From the NCBI GenBank assembly GCA_000830275.1, contig CP010424.1, positions 450,001-482,000 on the forward strand: 32,000 nucleotides of DNA, in the 5' to 3' direction. The translations under genes were made by a program, and so were the position numbers. The notes beneath the pieces were generated by a model that did not search any database, had not been told where the DNA came from, and saw only the letters and a program-made list of their open reading frames with translations. The DNA is from an archaeon GW2011_AR10 (GTDB lineage Archaea; Iainarchaeota; Iainarchaeia; Iainarchaeales; GW2011-AR10). Positions 1 to 8,262 of this stretch are shown here, in pieces (position 1 is the stretch's first letter; each line of letters begins with the position of its first letter).

Positions 1-1
1 G

Positions 2-88
2 GTTGTCGAGAAAACAATTGTTAGAGGCAATATTGTGTTCGACAATGCCTTGTTTGCTTCTGATTTCAGGGGAAAAGAGGTTTTTTGA
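2..88 (+). CDS. 3' end of an upstream gene (partial); possibly a dihydroorotase-like amidohydrolase
   Basis: Frame 2 is open from the window edge: VVEKTIVRGNIVFDNALFASDFRGKEVF*. Its TGA overlaps the pyrE ATG (TGATG). The product guess rests only on the C-terminal pattern and the pyrE-pyrF context. Confidence 0.3.
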   Translation, partial: VVEKTIVRGNIVFDNALFASDFRGKEVF

Positions 89-684
89 TGGATGAAAAAA
101 AGATTTGCTTGGACCTTTTCGAGATTGGCGCAATAAAGTTCGGAAGCTTTACGCTGAAAAGCGGGAAAAAAAGCCCGATTTATATTGACTTGAGGGTGCT
201 TGTTTCTTATCCGAGAGTGCTTAAAGATGTAGCGGCAGCTCTTTATGACAAGACAAAGGGCCTTGAGTTTGACCGCATTGCAGGAATTCCTTACGCGGCA
301 ATCGCAATAGCAACAGCTGTAAGCCTTCACGCAGAGGTGCCAATGATTTACCCAAGAAAAGAGCAGAAAGAGTACGGCACCAAAAGGGCAATTGAAGGGG
401 TTTTCGAGAAAGGTGAAACAGTGCTTGTGTACGATGACCTGATTACCACCGGGGCAAGCAAGTTTGAGGCGATTGCTCCACTGGAAGAGGCAGGGCTGAA
501 AGTTAAGGACATTGTGGTTTTGGTTGACAGGGAGCAGGGCGGAAAACAAGAGCTTGCAGTAAAAGGCTACAAGCTGCATGCAGTCATGACAATTTCAAAG
601 CTGCTTGAATGCCTGATGGAAAGCAGAAAAGTAACAGAAAAACAGTTCAGGGAAGTAAAAAAATATTTGGATGGAGAAAAATGA
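88..684 (+). CDS. pyrE: Orotate phosphoribosyltransferase
   Basis: PRPP-binding motif VLVYDDLITTGAS. N-terminal FGSFTLKSGKKSPIYIDLR is typical of OPRTases. ATG at 88; the ORF track begins at a TTG at 85. Confidence 0.9.
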   Translation: MDEKKICLDLFEIGAIKFGSFTLKSGKKSPIYIDLRVLVSYPRVLKDVAAALYDKTKGLEFDRIAGIPYAAIAIATAVSLHAEVPMIYPRKEQKEYGTKRAIEGVFEKGETVLVYDDLITTGASKFEAIAPLEEAGLKVKDIVVLVDREQGGKQELAVKGYKLHAVMTISKLLECLMESRKVTEKQFREVKKYLDGEK

Positions 685-1388
685 GTTGGCCTATAAATAA
701 GAACAAGAGCATTATTCCTGCATGCGACTTTTCTTCGCTTAAAAAACTAGGGGAAATCGTGGAAACCACGCATGACTTGAAGGGCGTTGGAGCATACAAA
801 ATCGGTTTCCAGCTGGCATTATCGCATGGGCTGCCAAAAGTGGTTAAAGAAGTAAGGGAATTCACTGACAAGCCAATAATTTATGACCACCAGAAAGCCG
901 GCACTGACATTCCTGAAACAGGGAAAGGGTTTTCGGGGGTTTGCAGCAGTGCAGGAATTGATGCCGTTATTCTTTTCCCTTTTGCTGGCATTGAAACAGA
1001 GGCTGAATGGATTCTGGCATGCAGGGAAGCACGCCTTGGAGTAATAGTTGGCGGGGAAATGACTCACAAGGGCTTTCTTGAAAAAGAAGGGGGCTTCATT
1101 TCAGAGAAGGAGGCAGAAAAAATTTATTTTACGGCAATTGAGAATGGGGTGAAAGATTTTGTTGTTCCGGGCAACAAGCCGGAAAAAATCAGCCATTACA
1201 GGAAACTGATTGATGGGAAGGTAGCTGAAGCAACTCTTTACTCTCCAGGCCTTGTAGCGCAGGGAGGAAAAATAACTGATTCTGGAAAAGCTGCAGGCAA
1301 AAAATGGCACGCAATTGTTGGAAGAGCAATTTACGAATCCGGGAATCCAAGAAAGGCAGCTGAAGAGCTCTCCAAGGAACTCAAGTAA
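681..1388 (+). CDS. pyrF: Orotidine 5'-phosphate decarboxylase
   Basis: ODCase landmarks are present: ACDF, AYKIGFQL, DIPET, SPGLVAQGG, IVGRAIY. ATG at 681 overlaps the pyrE stop (ATGA). The longer 609 start lies inside pyrE. Confidence 0.85.
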   Translation: MSWPINKNKSIIPACDFSSLKKLGEIVETTHDLKGVGAYKIGFQLALSHGLPKVVKEVREFTDKPIIYDHQKAGTDIPETGKGFSGVCSSAGIDAVILFPFAGIETEAEWILACREARLGVIVGGEMTHKGFLEKEGGFISEKEAEKIYFTAIENGVKDFVVPGNKPEKISHYRKLIDGKVAEATLYSPGLVAQGGKITDSGKAAGKKWHAIVGRAIYESGNPRKAAEELSKELK

Positions 1389-1389
1389 T

Positions 1390-2220
1390 TCATTTCCTTA
1401 AAATTAGGAAAGCAATAACTGCAACTGCAATAACCAAGAAGACAAGCACGCCAAACAACAGTATTGCAATGATTACTCCGCCGATAATGAGCCACGTTAA
1501 AGTGTCGTTAGAAGGGCTTGTTGGGTTTATTGAATCACTTGGAGTTATGCCTTCATCTGGCTGCAGTTCAGGCTGCCCCGGCTGCTGGTTTTCATCCTCT
1601 GCTCCAATTTCTGGTTCCGGTTCAGTTTCTGGTTCAGGTTCAGTTTCTGCTTCAGGCACTGGTTCTGGCTCTGCTGAACAAGAAGCAGGTTCCTCTAAGC
1701 TGAAGGAACTATAAATTGGGGTAAAAGTTTCAATTGAACCACTGTATTGGGAAGAAGGAATAGTGAACGCAACAGAGTAAATGTTTTTCTTGCTGCCAAC
1801 CGTTTCACCGATCATTAGAATTTCTTTCCCGCGATAATTGGTTGAAATTTCCCTGTATTCCTGCGAGAAAGCCTTGAAGCCACCTATCAGGAAAGAGACT
1901 GAAGCACCTTGCTTTTCTAGGTCTCCTGTATAGGTTGTGTCAAAGTAGGCTGAAGCATAATCTGCCGGATCAGAGTAAGTGCTGACAGAATAGGAGTCGC
2001 TTTTAATGAGCAGCCTTTGCCTGTCATTGCTGTAAATCTGCTTTCCGCCGAATTCCTTGAAGAACTCCCAAGCTTCGGGCACAACAAAATAGAAATTTGA
2101 GGCATCGCTGTGGCGGAATTCAAGCACTTTCTCTCCTTCATCAAAGCAAACAGCAAAAGCGCTTTGAGTTAAGGTAGCCAGAGCAAGCAACACCAGAAAA
2201 ACAGAAATTAGTCTTTTCAT
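1390..2220 (-). CDS. Secreted, membrane-anchored hypothetical protein with an acidic Pro/Glu/Thr linker
   Basis: N-terminal signal-like segment MKRLISVFLVLLALATLTQSAFA. EPEPVPEAETEPEPETEPEPE linker. C-terminal TM helix ending in LRK. ATG start at 2220. Confidence 0.6.
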   Translation of the reverse strand: MKRLISVFLVLLALATLTQSAFAVCFDEGEKVLEFRHSDASNFYFVVPEAWEFFKEFGGKQIYSNDRQRLLIKSDSYSVSTYSDPADYASAYFDTTYTGDLEKQGASVSFLIGGFKAFSQEYREISTNYRGKEILMIGETVGSKKNIYSVAFTIPSSQYSGSIETFTPIYSSFSLEEPASCSAEPEPVPEAETEPEPETEPEPEIGAEDENQQPGQPELQPDEGITPSDSINPTSPSNDTLTWLIIGGVIIAILLFGVLVFLVIAVAVIAFLILRK

Positions 2221-2270
2221 CTCAGAAATATATAATCCACAGAGTATAAAAATTTTTGGTGGGGTTCATA

Positions 2271-2340
2271 AAGGTTGTTGAATACCTTTACCTCACCTAT
2301 ATGGAGGCACTAATTAAGTTAATAAGTATTCAACACCCTT
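2271..2340 (-). terminator. Long imperfect hairpin directly after the stop of ORF 2340..3056
   Basis: Arm aaggTtgttgaatac (2271-2285) pairs with gtattcaacaCcctt (2326-2340). That is 14 bp with one t.c mismatch and a 40-nt loop. TATA-like boxes for gene 1390..2220 lie just to the left. Confidence 0.35.
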
Positions 2341-3056
2341 CATCTAAGCCTTAAAAGTCTTTTCACTCTTTGCCTGCCAATGCTAAGAGGGAGAATGTAA
2401 GGTTTTTCGCCCCTGAATTTTCTTGCAAAGTACCTGTCCCTTACTTTTGCAGGCAGAACCTCTCTTCCACTTTCAAGGTACTGATGCAAAGAAACCCCTG
2501 CTTTATGCAGTGGCCTGTACGATTCAATTATTCTGTCCATGAAAACTTCAAACCATGGCTTTCCAAGAATTTCGTTGGCTTTCCTTACGTCAGCACCCTT
2601 TTCCCCTTGGAATAAAAGCATGCCAATGTTCCTACTGTTGCTTTCAAACCTTGTATAACCTATTGGGATTCCAGGAGGGCACTCAAATACATTTACGTAT
2701 TTTGTAACGGATTTGTCTGGCCATTGATGCGATTGTTTCAATGAAATCCGGAATTTTCCCAGCAAAGGAACCGCGTAGAGATTTTCATAGAACTGGGTTT
2801 CAGCCCTTAACCTTTGCTTGAGTTTTTCAACAGTCTTAATTCCTTCAGCAAAATCAACCGTTGACACAACAACAACTTGGGCAGGAGTCAATTTTCTTGA
2901 CTTAAATTCAATATTGCTTACGCCATACTTGAGCTCCAGCAGCCTATCCCAAAAGCCCCTGACTTCCAATTCCTCAGCAGATAGTCTGCTTTTTTCCTTC
3001 AACAGCAACTCTACCAAAAATTTGTGGACTAAACCAGAGTATTTTGTCTGCAGCAT
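2340..3056 (-). CDS. Hypothetical protein, no family recognised
   Basis: 238-aa ORF with an ATG start, divergent from the AMP phosphorylase gene. Composition is protein-like and no competing ORF exists. Confidence 0.55.
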   Translation of the reverse strand: MLQTKYSGLVHKFLVELLLKEKSRLSAEELEVRGFWDRLLELKYGVSNIEFKSRKLTPAQVVVVSTVDFAEGIKTVEKLKQRLRAETQFYENLYAVPLLGKFRISLKQSHQWPDKSVTKYVNVFECPPGIPIGYTRFESNSRNIGMLLFQGEKGADVRKANEILGKPWFEVFMDRIIESYRPLHKAGVSLHQYLESGREVLPAKVRDRYFARKFRGEKPYILPLSIGRQRVKRLLRLR

Positions 3057-3139
3057 GACTTATTCATTAATGCGACCAAATGATTAAATATTACAATTCC
3101 ATTCTATTTACTGGTTTCATGGAGCAGTACAGCCGGAAG

Positions 3140-4639
3140 ATGAAGGTAAAAGTCTTAGACATTGAGTCAGGGAAACTGATTTCACTGCTCAACGAAATTG
3201 ACGCAAAAGAGCTTGGAATTCTGCCGCTGGAAAGGGTTCAGATAACCAACCCAAAGACAGGGCACAAAATCAATACTGTGGCTGATAAAACCGACACAGT
3301 AGTGGAAGAAAACGAAATAGGGTTGTTTGAAGATGTTGCAAGGCTTTTAGAGGTAAAGGATGGTGCAACTGTTGAGGTTCAGGCCTCAGATAAACCAAAA
3401 AGCGTGCAGTTCATTAAAAAGAAAATGAACAAGGGAAAACTTAAAGAAAGCGAGATAAAGGAAATAGTTGAGGACCTTTCCTCCAACAAGCTGAGCGAGG
3501 TTGAAGCAACTGCCTTTGTTTCAGCAGTCTACATTAACGGCTTTGAGTTAGATGAAATAATCTCTATGACCAAAGCACTGGTTGAGAACGGCAACACGTT
3601 AGTGCTGGATGTTTCACCGGTTTTGGACAAGCACTCAATCGGCGGCACCAATGGAAGGTCAACAATGATAATCGTGCCCATAATTGCCTCTGCAGGCTAC
3701 TACATACCGAAAACCAGTTCAAGGTCCATTACGAGTTCTGCTGGAACAGCTGACGCAATGGAAGTGCTTGCCCCTGTAACGCTGTCAATGGAAAAAATAA
3801 AGCAGGTTGTTGAGCAAACAGGCGGCTGCATTGTTTGGGGTGGCGCAGTAAACCTTGCACCAGCAGATGACAAAATAATCAAAATAGAGCACCCGCTCTC
3901 GCTTGACCCAGAAGGCCAAGTGATTGCCTCAGTGATGGCAAAAAAGGTTTCTGTGGGCTCAAAGCACGTTGTAATTGACATTCCAATCGGGCCTGACGTG
4001 AAAATAAAAACCAAGGAACGGGCAGAGGAAATGGCCCTGAAATTCCTGGAAGTTGGAAAAAAATTCGGAATAAACGTGGAAGTCATGCTAACCAATGGCG
4101 CGGAGCCAAGCGGCAGCGCGTTTGGGCCGGCGCTTGAAGCAAGGCACGTAATGGAAATACTTGAGGGAAAGCATTTTGACAACCTCGCCAAAAAAAGCTG
4201 TGAGCTTGCAGGCGCTCTGCTGGAAATGTCGGGCAGCACAGAGCCTGGAAAAGGGCACGACAAGGCGAAAGAGATTCTTGAATCCGGAACGGCACTTGAA
4301 AAAATGAGGGAAATAATCAAGGCACAAGGGGGAAAAATTTTTTCCTCCAGCGCAGTCAAAATGGCTCCCTTCATGAAGGAAATAAAATCAAGGGCCAATG
4401 GAAGAATCTACAAAATAAATGTAAGGCACTGCATCACCATTGCAAGAATTGCTGGCGCTCCAGGCGACAAAAAAGCTGGCCTGCTGCTGAAAGTGAAGGA
4501 TGGAACAAAAGTAAAGCCAGAGCAGCCCTTGTTTGAAATCTACGCTGAAAACAAGAGAAAACTTGAATTGGCGGAGCAGTTCGCCAGATCTGTTGACGTA
4601 ATCGAACTCGATAAAACCATTCTGCAGAGGATCTCCTAA
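3140..4639 (+). CDS. deoA: AMP phosphorylase (archaeal thymidine-phosphorylase family)
   Basis: The N-terminal extension MKVKVLDIESGKLISLLNEIDAKELG is typical of archaeal AMP phosphorylases. Core motifs are DKHSIGGTNG and SSRSITSSAGTADAME. The ORF-track start at 3080 is probably too far upstream. Confidence 0.85.
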   Translation: MKVKVLDIESGKLISLLNEIDAKELGILPLERVQITNPKTGHKINTVADKTDTVVEENEIGLFEDVARLLEVKDGATVEVQASDKPKSVQFIKKKMNKGKLKESEIKEIVEDLSSNKLSEVEATAFVSAVYINGFELDEIISMTKALVENGNTLVLDVSPVLDKHSIGGTNGRSTMIIVPIIASAGYYIPKTSSRSITSSAGTADAMEVLAPVTLSMEKIKQVVEQTGGCIVWGGAVNLAPADDKIIKIEHPLSLDPEGQVIASVMAKKVSVGSKHVVIDIPIGPDVKIKTKERAEEMALKFLEVGKKFGINVEVMLTNGAEPSGSAFGPALEARHVMEILEGKHFDNLAKKSCELAGALLEMSGSTEPGKGHDKAKEILESGTALEKMREIIKAQGGKIFSSSAVKMAPFMKEIKSRANGRIYKINVRHCITIARIAGAPGDKKAGLLLKVKDGTKVKPEQPLFEIYAENKRKLELAEQFARSVDVIELDKTILQRIS

Positions 4640-4870
4640 TTACTTATTCTTTCTGCCGGAAACAGTTCCCTTCCTTTTTCTTCTGTCAATGTGCCAGTGG
4701 GTTTTGTGTACACTGCCAATGTACTCTGCACCCTCTATTTTTTTCTTTGTGCCAAAAGCTTTTGGGTACTGCCTGAACTGCGCTGCAATTATTTGTTCTA
4801 CAGCAGTGCCCTTGCCATTGCTCCTCCTTTTTTCTTCTGGATCAATTGCGGCGCGAAAAAATACTGGCAT
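4640..4870 (-). CDS. Small basic protein, possible SRP19
   Basis: MPVFFRAAIDPEEKRRSNGKG...HKTHWHIDRRKRKG loosely resembles the archaeal SRP19 pattern (IWPxYIDxxxSRxEGRK ... YPRxHW). It is the last gene of the L21e-RpoF-DUF655-KsgA operon. A TTG at 4978 would give 112 aa. Confidence 0.35.
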   Translation of the reverse strand: MPVFFRAAIDPEEKRRSNGKGTAVEQIIAAQFRQYPKAFGTKKKIEGAEYIGSVHKTHWHIDRRKRKGTVSGRKNK

Positions 4871-5021
4871 TCCTTTTTTGTAGAGTCTTCTGCTTGATTC
4901 ATCAATTAAACTGAAATTTTTTCTAATCTTTTCTTTTTCTTTCCTTGGTTCTTTCCTCTTAGGCGGCACTAAAAACAAAGGAATTTTGTTTTATTTAAAC
5001 TTAACCATTGCATTCATTGCA

Positions 5022-5855
5022 TTAGTAGAGCTCGTTGAATATTCCGGCGAATTCTTCAGCTGAAAAAAAGCAGACCTTTTTCTCTGTTTCCTTCAGCTTG
5101 GAGCACTTTTCCCTGAACTTTTCCTCGCTTAAGCCTAGCTCTTCGCGGAGGAAAGGAAATGATTTCTGGAGAGCATTGCTCAGGTTCTTGTTCTTGAGGC
5201 GGAACAGCTCCTTCAGGAAGCGCCTGAACTTTTCCTCGTCCTTCACCTTAATTTCAGGCTCCTTTCTTCTCAGAACAACAAGGCTGGAAAAAGAATTTGG
5301 CTTTGGGTAAAAGTTTTCAGGCGAAAGGTTCTCTATAAGCACTTCACCAGAAAAATGGTAATTCACCAAAACGCTTAGAGAATTGTATTCCTTGAAACCT
5401 TCAACTGAAAGCATTTTTCTTGCAAACTCTCGCTGGAAACCAACAACTGCCAGCTCAAAATCATGCCGCAGAAGCCAGAACGCCAGCTCGGAGGAAATAG
5501 TGTAAGGCGGCAAAGCAACAACCTTGTTGAATTTTGGAACCTTAACTGAAAGGATGCTTCCCTCAACCAGTTTCAGTTTTCCTGATTTTATTTCATTGGC
5601 AAATTGTTCTCTGAGAAGTGCTGCAAGAGTTTCATCTAGTTCAACTGCAATTACTTTTGAGTGCTTTAATAGTTCCCTGGTGAGAAAACCGGTGCCTGCG
5701 CCTACTTCAAGAACCTTGTCTGATTCCTTCAGCTGTGCAGCGCTTACCATTTTGTGAATTACTTCACCGTTTATGATGAAGCACTGGGCCATTTTCCTGT
5801 TTGGCCTGAAGTGGTAATTCACCATCTGATTGTTGAGTTCAGCGAACAAAGACAT
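5022..5855 (-). CDS. rsmA: 16S rRNA (adenine-N6,N6)-dimethyltransferase KsgA/Dim1
   Basis: SAM-binding motif VLEVGAGTGFLTREL. N-terminal RPNRKMAQCFI resembles the KsgA xLGQNFL box. ATG at 5855; alternative starts are TTG 5873 and ATG 5825. Confidence 0.9.
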   Translation of the reverse strand: MSLFAELNNQMVNYHFRPNRKMAQCFIINGEVIHKMVSAAQLKESDKVLEVGAGTGFLTRELLKHSKVIAVELDETLAALLREQFANEIKSGKLKLVEGSILSVKVPKFNKVVALPPYTISSELAFWLLRHDFELAVVGFQREFARKMLSVEGFKEYNSLSVLVNYHFSGEVLIENLSPENFYPKPNSFSSLVVLRRKEPEIKVKDEEKFRRFLKELFRLKNKNLSNALQKSFPFLREELGLSEEKFREKCSKLKETEKKVCFFSAEEFAGIFNELY

Positions 5856-5887
5856 AAAAAGAAAAGGGGGCAAAAAAATTGCTTGAA

Positions 5888-6487
5888 TTACTCTCTTCTG
5901 CGGAATTCTCTCCTGAAAGGCTTTTCCACTGCCGGGGGCCTCACAAAAAGGAAGTGCTTGTCAAGGTCTCCTTCAAGTTCTTCCATTATCCTTTTCACTA
6001 CTAGCCTAACAGGGTTAGGCATAAGGTGGACTCTCTTCTCAATATCATCAAAGCTTTTGAACTGCTGCTTTTCCCTTTCACCCAGTATTTCAACCATGTG
6101 CTTTTTTCCAAGGCCCGGCAACAGTTCAAGCTGGTGGCGCTTAAGCGAAATCGATTGCGCGTTGTTGAAGAACCCCACAAATTTTTCAGCCTGCTCTAAG
6201 ACAAGCTTTTCAATCATTTTCTCTATTTCCGCTGAAGAGTTGGCGGTTAGCTCGCTGAACGAAATCCTTTTTTTAATGAAATCAATTTTGTCCCTTTCCT
6301 CTTTGCCCACATAAACCTTTTCACCTGCTTTAAATGTTACCCCTTCCTTTGGCACAACCTCCAGCAGAGTAAAGTACTCTGTTCCAAGCACTTGAGCGAT
6401 TGGCTCGGACTTGTAACTGGAGCTTTTGCCTCGCGGTAAAAAATCCAGAACTAGGGCGTATTCCTCGACTTTCACGGCTTTCACCAA
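5888..6487 (-). CDS. DUF655-family protein (OB-fold plus helix-hairpin-helix)
   Basis: EEYALVLDFLPRGK N-terminus and an HhH-like segment LELLPGLGKKHMVEIL. It holds the conserved position between rpoF and ksgA. No ATG is available, so the start must be TTG 6487 or GTG 6484. Confidence 0.8.
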   Translation of the reverse strand: MVKAVKVEEYALVLDFLPRGKSSSYKSEPIAQVLGTEYFTLLEVVPKEGVTFKAGEKVYVGKEERDKIDFIKKRISFSELTANSSAEIEKMIEKLVLEQAEKFVGFFNNAQSISLKRHQLELLPGLGKKHMVEILGEREKQQFKSFDDIEKRVHLMPNPVRLVVKRIMEELEGDLDKHFLFVRPPAVEKPFRREFRRRE

Positions 6488-6496
6488 AAAAAAGTT

Positions 6497-6847
6497 TTAT
6501 TTATTCAGGTATTTGGAAAGCAAGTCAAGCACCTTGCCTAGTTTTGCGTCATCGAATTCAGGGCTTTTTGGAACAAGCAGCCTTAATTCAGCCAAGTCCT
6601 CTGGAAGAATGTCCACAATCTTTAATGCAAGATCTTCGCTGATGCCTTCAATTTCGCTGAGCTCTTTCAACAGCTTTTCCTGTTTCGCGTTTGAGAGCTT
6701 TGAAAACTTTTTAGAGTACTCGTTTGCAAGGTTCTGCTCATAGCTTACTTCCTCGCCTTTTTCCTTCACTGCCAGCCTTTCCTTCATTGTGTCCTTGACC
6801 TCTAAAAGGGAAAGGTTCTTAACCGAGCTGATATGCTTTCCAATCAT
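6497..6847 (-). CDS. rpoF: DNA-directed RNA polymerase subunit F (Rpo4)
   Basis: 116-aa helical, acidic protein. Its ATG overlaps the L21e stop (ATGA on the minus strand), which is the conserved archaeal L21e-RpoF arrangement. Confidence 0.75.
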   Translation of the reverse strand: MIGKHISSVKNLSLLEVKDTMKERLAVKEKGEEVSYEQNLANEYSKKFSKLSNAKQEKLLKELSEIEGISEDLALKIVDILPEDLAELRLLVPKSPEFDDAKLGKVLDLLSKYLNK

Positions 6848-7140
6848 TTTCTTTCACTTCCAACTGCATGCAAGTGCGCCGGGCTGACAACAAGCTGCCT
6901 GCTTGTTTTCCCGACCCTTAAGCCCACAACAAAAGCATTGCCTTTTCTGCCAATAACCTTGGCAGTTGCACCATGATAACGGTGGTGCGGAATTCCAGAA
7001 TGAAAGGAACTGTTGATTTTAATGTTCACTGTCTGCCCGCTCTTCAGCTCTTGGAGGAGCTGGTTAACAGTAATTTTTCCTTTTCTCTTGAACTTGTCCC
7101 TTGTCTTGGCTCTTAAGCCCTTTGCCTTCTTGCCCGACAA
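6844..7140 (-). CDS. rpl21e: 50S ribosomal protein L21e
   Basis: Contains GLRAKTRDKF and GIPHHRYHGATAKV, which are L21e signatures. The protein has no internal Met, so the TTG at 7140 is the only candidate start. Confidence 0.9.
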   Translation of the reverse strand: MSGKKAKGLRAKTRDKFKRKGKITVNQLLQELKSGQTVNIKINSSFHSGIPHHRYHGATAKVIGRKGNAFVVGLRVGKTSRQLVVSPAHLHAVGSERK

Positions 7141-7316
7141 TCAAATCACTACCTACTTCAAATACAATAAAATACTCTTCAAAAGAAAACCTTTTAAAGC
7201 AGTGGATTGCAACGAGAAAAGCCATGCTCGCTGGAAAACAATTTTAAAGCAAAATGCAGTACTCTTTACAGGAAATCCTGCACAGAATGCCAGAATTCAA
7301 AACGGAGGGTTAGTGA

Positions 7317-7616
7317 ATGAGGGGAATAATGAAAAAAACGCCAATGCAAGAGTTTTTAGCCAGGAAAGAGAAACCACGGCAAGTAAAAAAGCCGCCGGAG
7401 TTCTCGGAAGAGGAAAAGGAACGAATCCAGCAGGAGGCACGGAGTTCTTCGATGGCACCCCCGCCTGAGAAAGGAATGTATAATGTAAGCATTGATACGT
7501 TGAACCCGCAGAACAGGAGAAGAGAAATCATTCGCGGAGAAATGCCAGAGGGAATGAGGGAAGAGTTCGAGCGCGCGAAAAAACTCCGCAAAAAAAAAGA
7601 AGGAAAACCAAGATGA
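7317..7616 (+). CDS. Small highly charged hypothetical protein
   Basis: ATG at 7317 is preceded by GGAGGG (7304-7309). The protein is Lys/Glu/Arg-rich. The competing antisense ORF 7310..7591 looks spurious. Confidence 0.45.
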   Translation: MRGIMKKTPMQEFLARKEKPRQVKKPPEFSEEEKERIQQEARSSSMAPPPEKGMYNVSIDTLNPQNRRREIIRGEMPEGMREEFERAKKLRKKKEGKPR

Positions 7617-7685
7617 TGCAGCGCGAAAAAAACTGCTTTACTGGTTCAAGCAAACAATTAAATTATAAAAAAATAGTGCCTTGTT

Positions 7686-8174
7686 ATGGCTGAAAAGAAA
7701 AAGTTAGGGGAAGCAGCTTTTGGTGCGGGCTGCTTTTGGGGAGTTGAAGCAGAGTTTATGAATGTTAAGGGAGTAAAGGAAACAGAATCAGGGTTTATGG
7801 GCGGGCACACAAAAAACCCATCATATGAGGAAGTGTGCTCTCACACAACCGGCCATGCAGAAGTAGTGCACTTGAAGTTTGACCCCAACACTGTTTCTTA
7901 CGGGAAACTGCTTGACGGCTTCTTTAAAATCCATGACCCCACGCAGTTAAACAGGCAGGGCCCAGATGTTGGGTTCCAGTATCGTTCAGCGATTTTCTAT
8001 TATTCCCCTGAACAGAAAAAACTTGCAGAACAAAAAATCAGGGAACTTGAGAAAATCAAAAAGTTTTCAGGAAAAATTGTTACAGCAGTTGAACCTGCAA
8101 AAGAATTCTACCGCGCGGAAGAATACCACCAAAAATACTTGCAGAAGCGCGGCATCGCAAGCTGCCACATTTAG
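7686..8174 (+). CDS. msrA: Peptide methionine (S)-sulfoxide reductase
   Basis: Catalytic GCFWGVE motif; full-length MsrA architecture of 162 aa. Confidence 0.95.
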   Translation: MAEKKKLGEAAFGAGCFWGVEAEFMNVKGVKETESGFMGGHTKNPSYEEVCSHTTGHAEVVHLKFDPNTVSYGKLLDGFFKIHDPTQLNRQGPDVGFQYRSAIFYYSPEQKKLAEQKIRELEKIKKFSGKIVTAVEPAKEFYRAEEYHQKYLQKRGIASCHI

Positions 8175-8262
8175 CGTATGCTGCCTTCAACCTAAAAAAA
8201 ATAAAAAAATAGAGAAAGAATTTTTGCAAAAATTTCTAAAAAATTTTGTGAAAAATAATTTT

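Noticed and set aside
609-680. N-terminal extensions offered by the ORF track: 609 for pyrF, 3080 for deoA, 9121 for the CxxC protein, 19751 for Alg13-like and 24985 for the 134-aa protein.
   Set aside because: The extensions overlap upstream genes or promoters. They do not match the family N-termini. Internal ATGs with stop/start overlap or SD-like boxes give the canonical protein starts.
2145-2157. A 13-mer, agcaaacagcaaa, identical to part of the hairpin module, found inside CDS 1390..2220. Also the 10-mer gctgtttgct inside aglB (16735-16744) and ttaataatgg shared by 9208-9217 and 23174-23183.
   Set aside because: None has a partner arm or extended similarity. Matches of 10-13 nt in A-rich words are near chance expectation for 2 x 32 kb.
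3700-4398. Long antisense ORFs inside well-supported genes. Examples are 3700..4398(-), 5754..6314(+), 19711..20295(-), 25044..25511(-), 28084..28518(+), 15707..16177(+) and 18823..19320(-).
   Set aside because: Each lies fully within a gene that has clear family motifs on the other strand. Their products are low-complexity (Ser/Phe/Cys/Leu-rich), with no motifs and no plausible ribosome-binding or promoter context.
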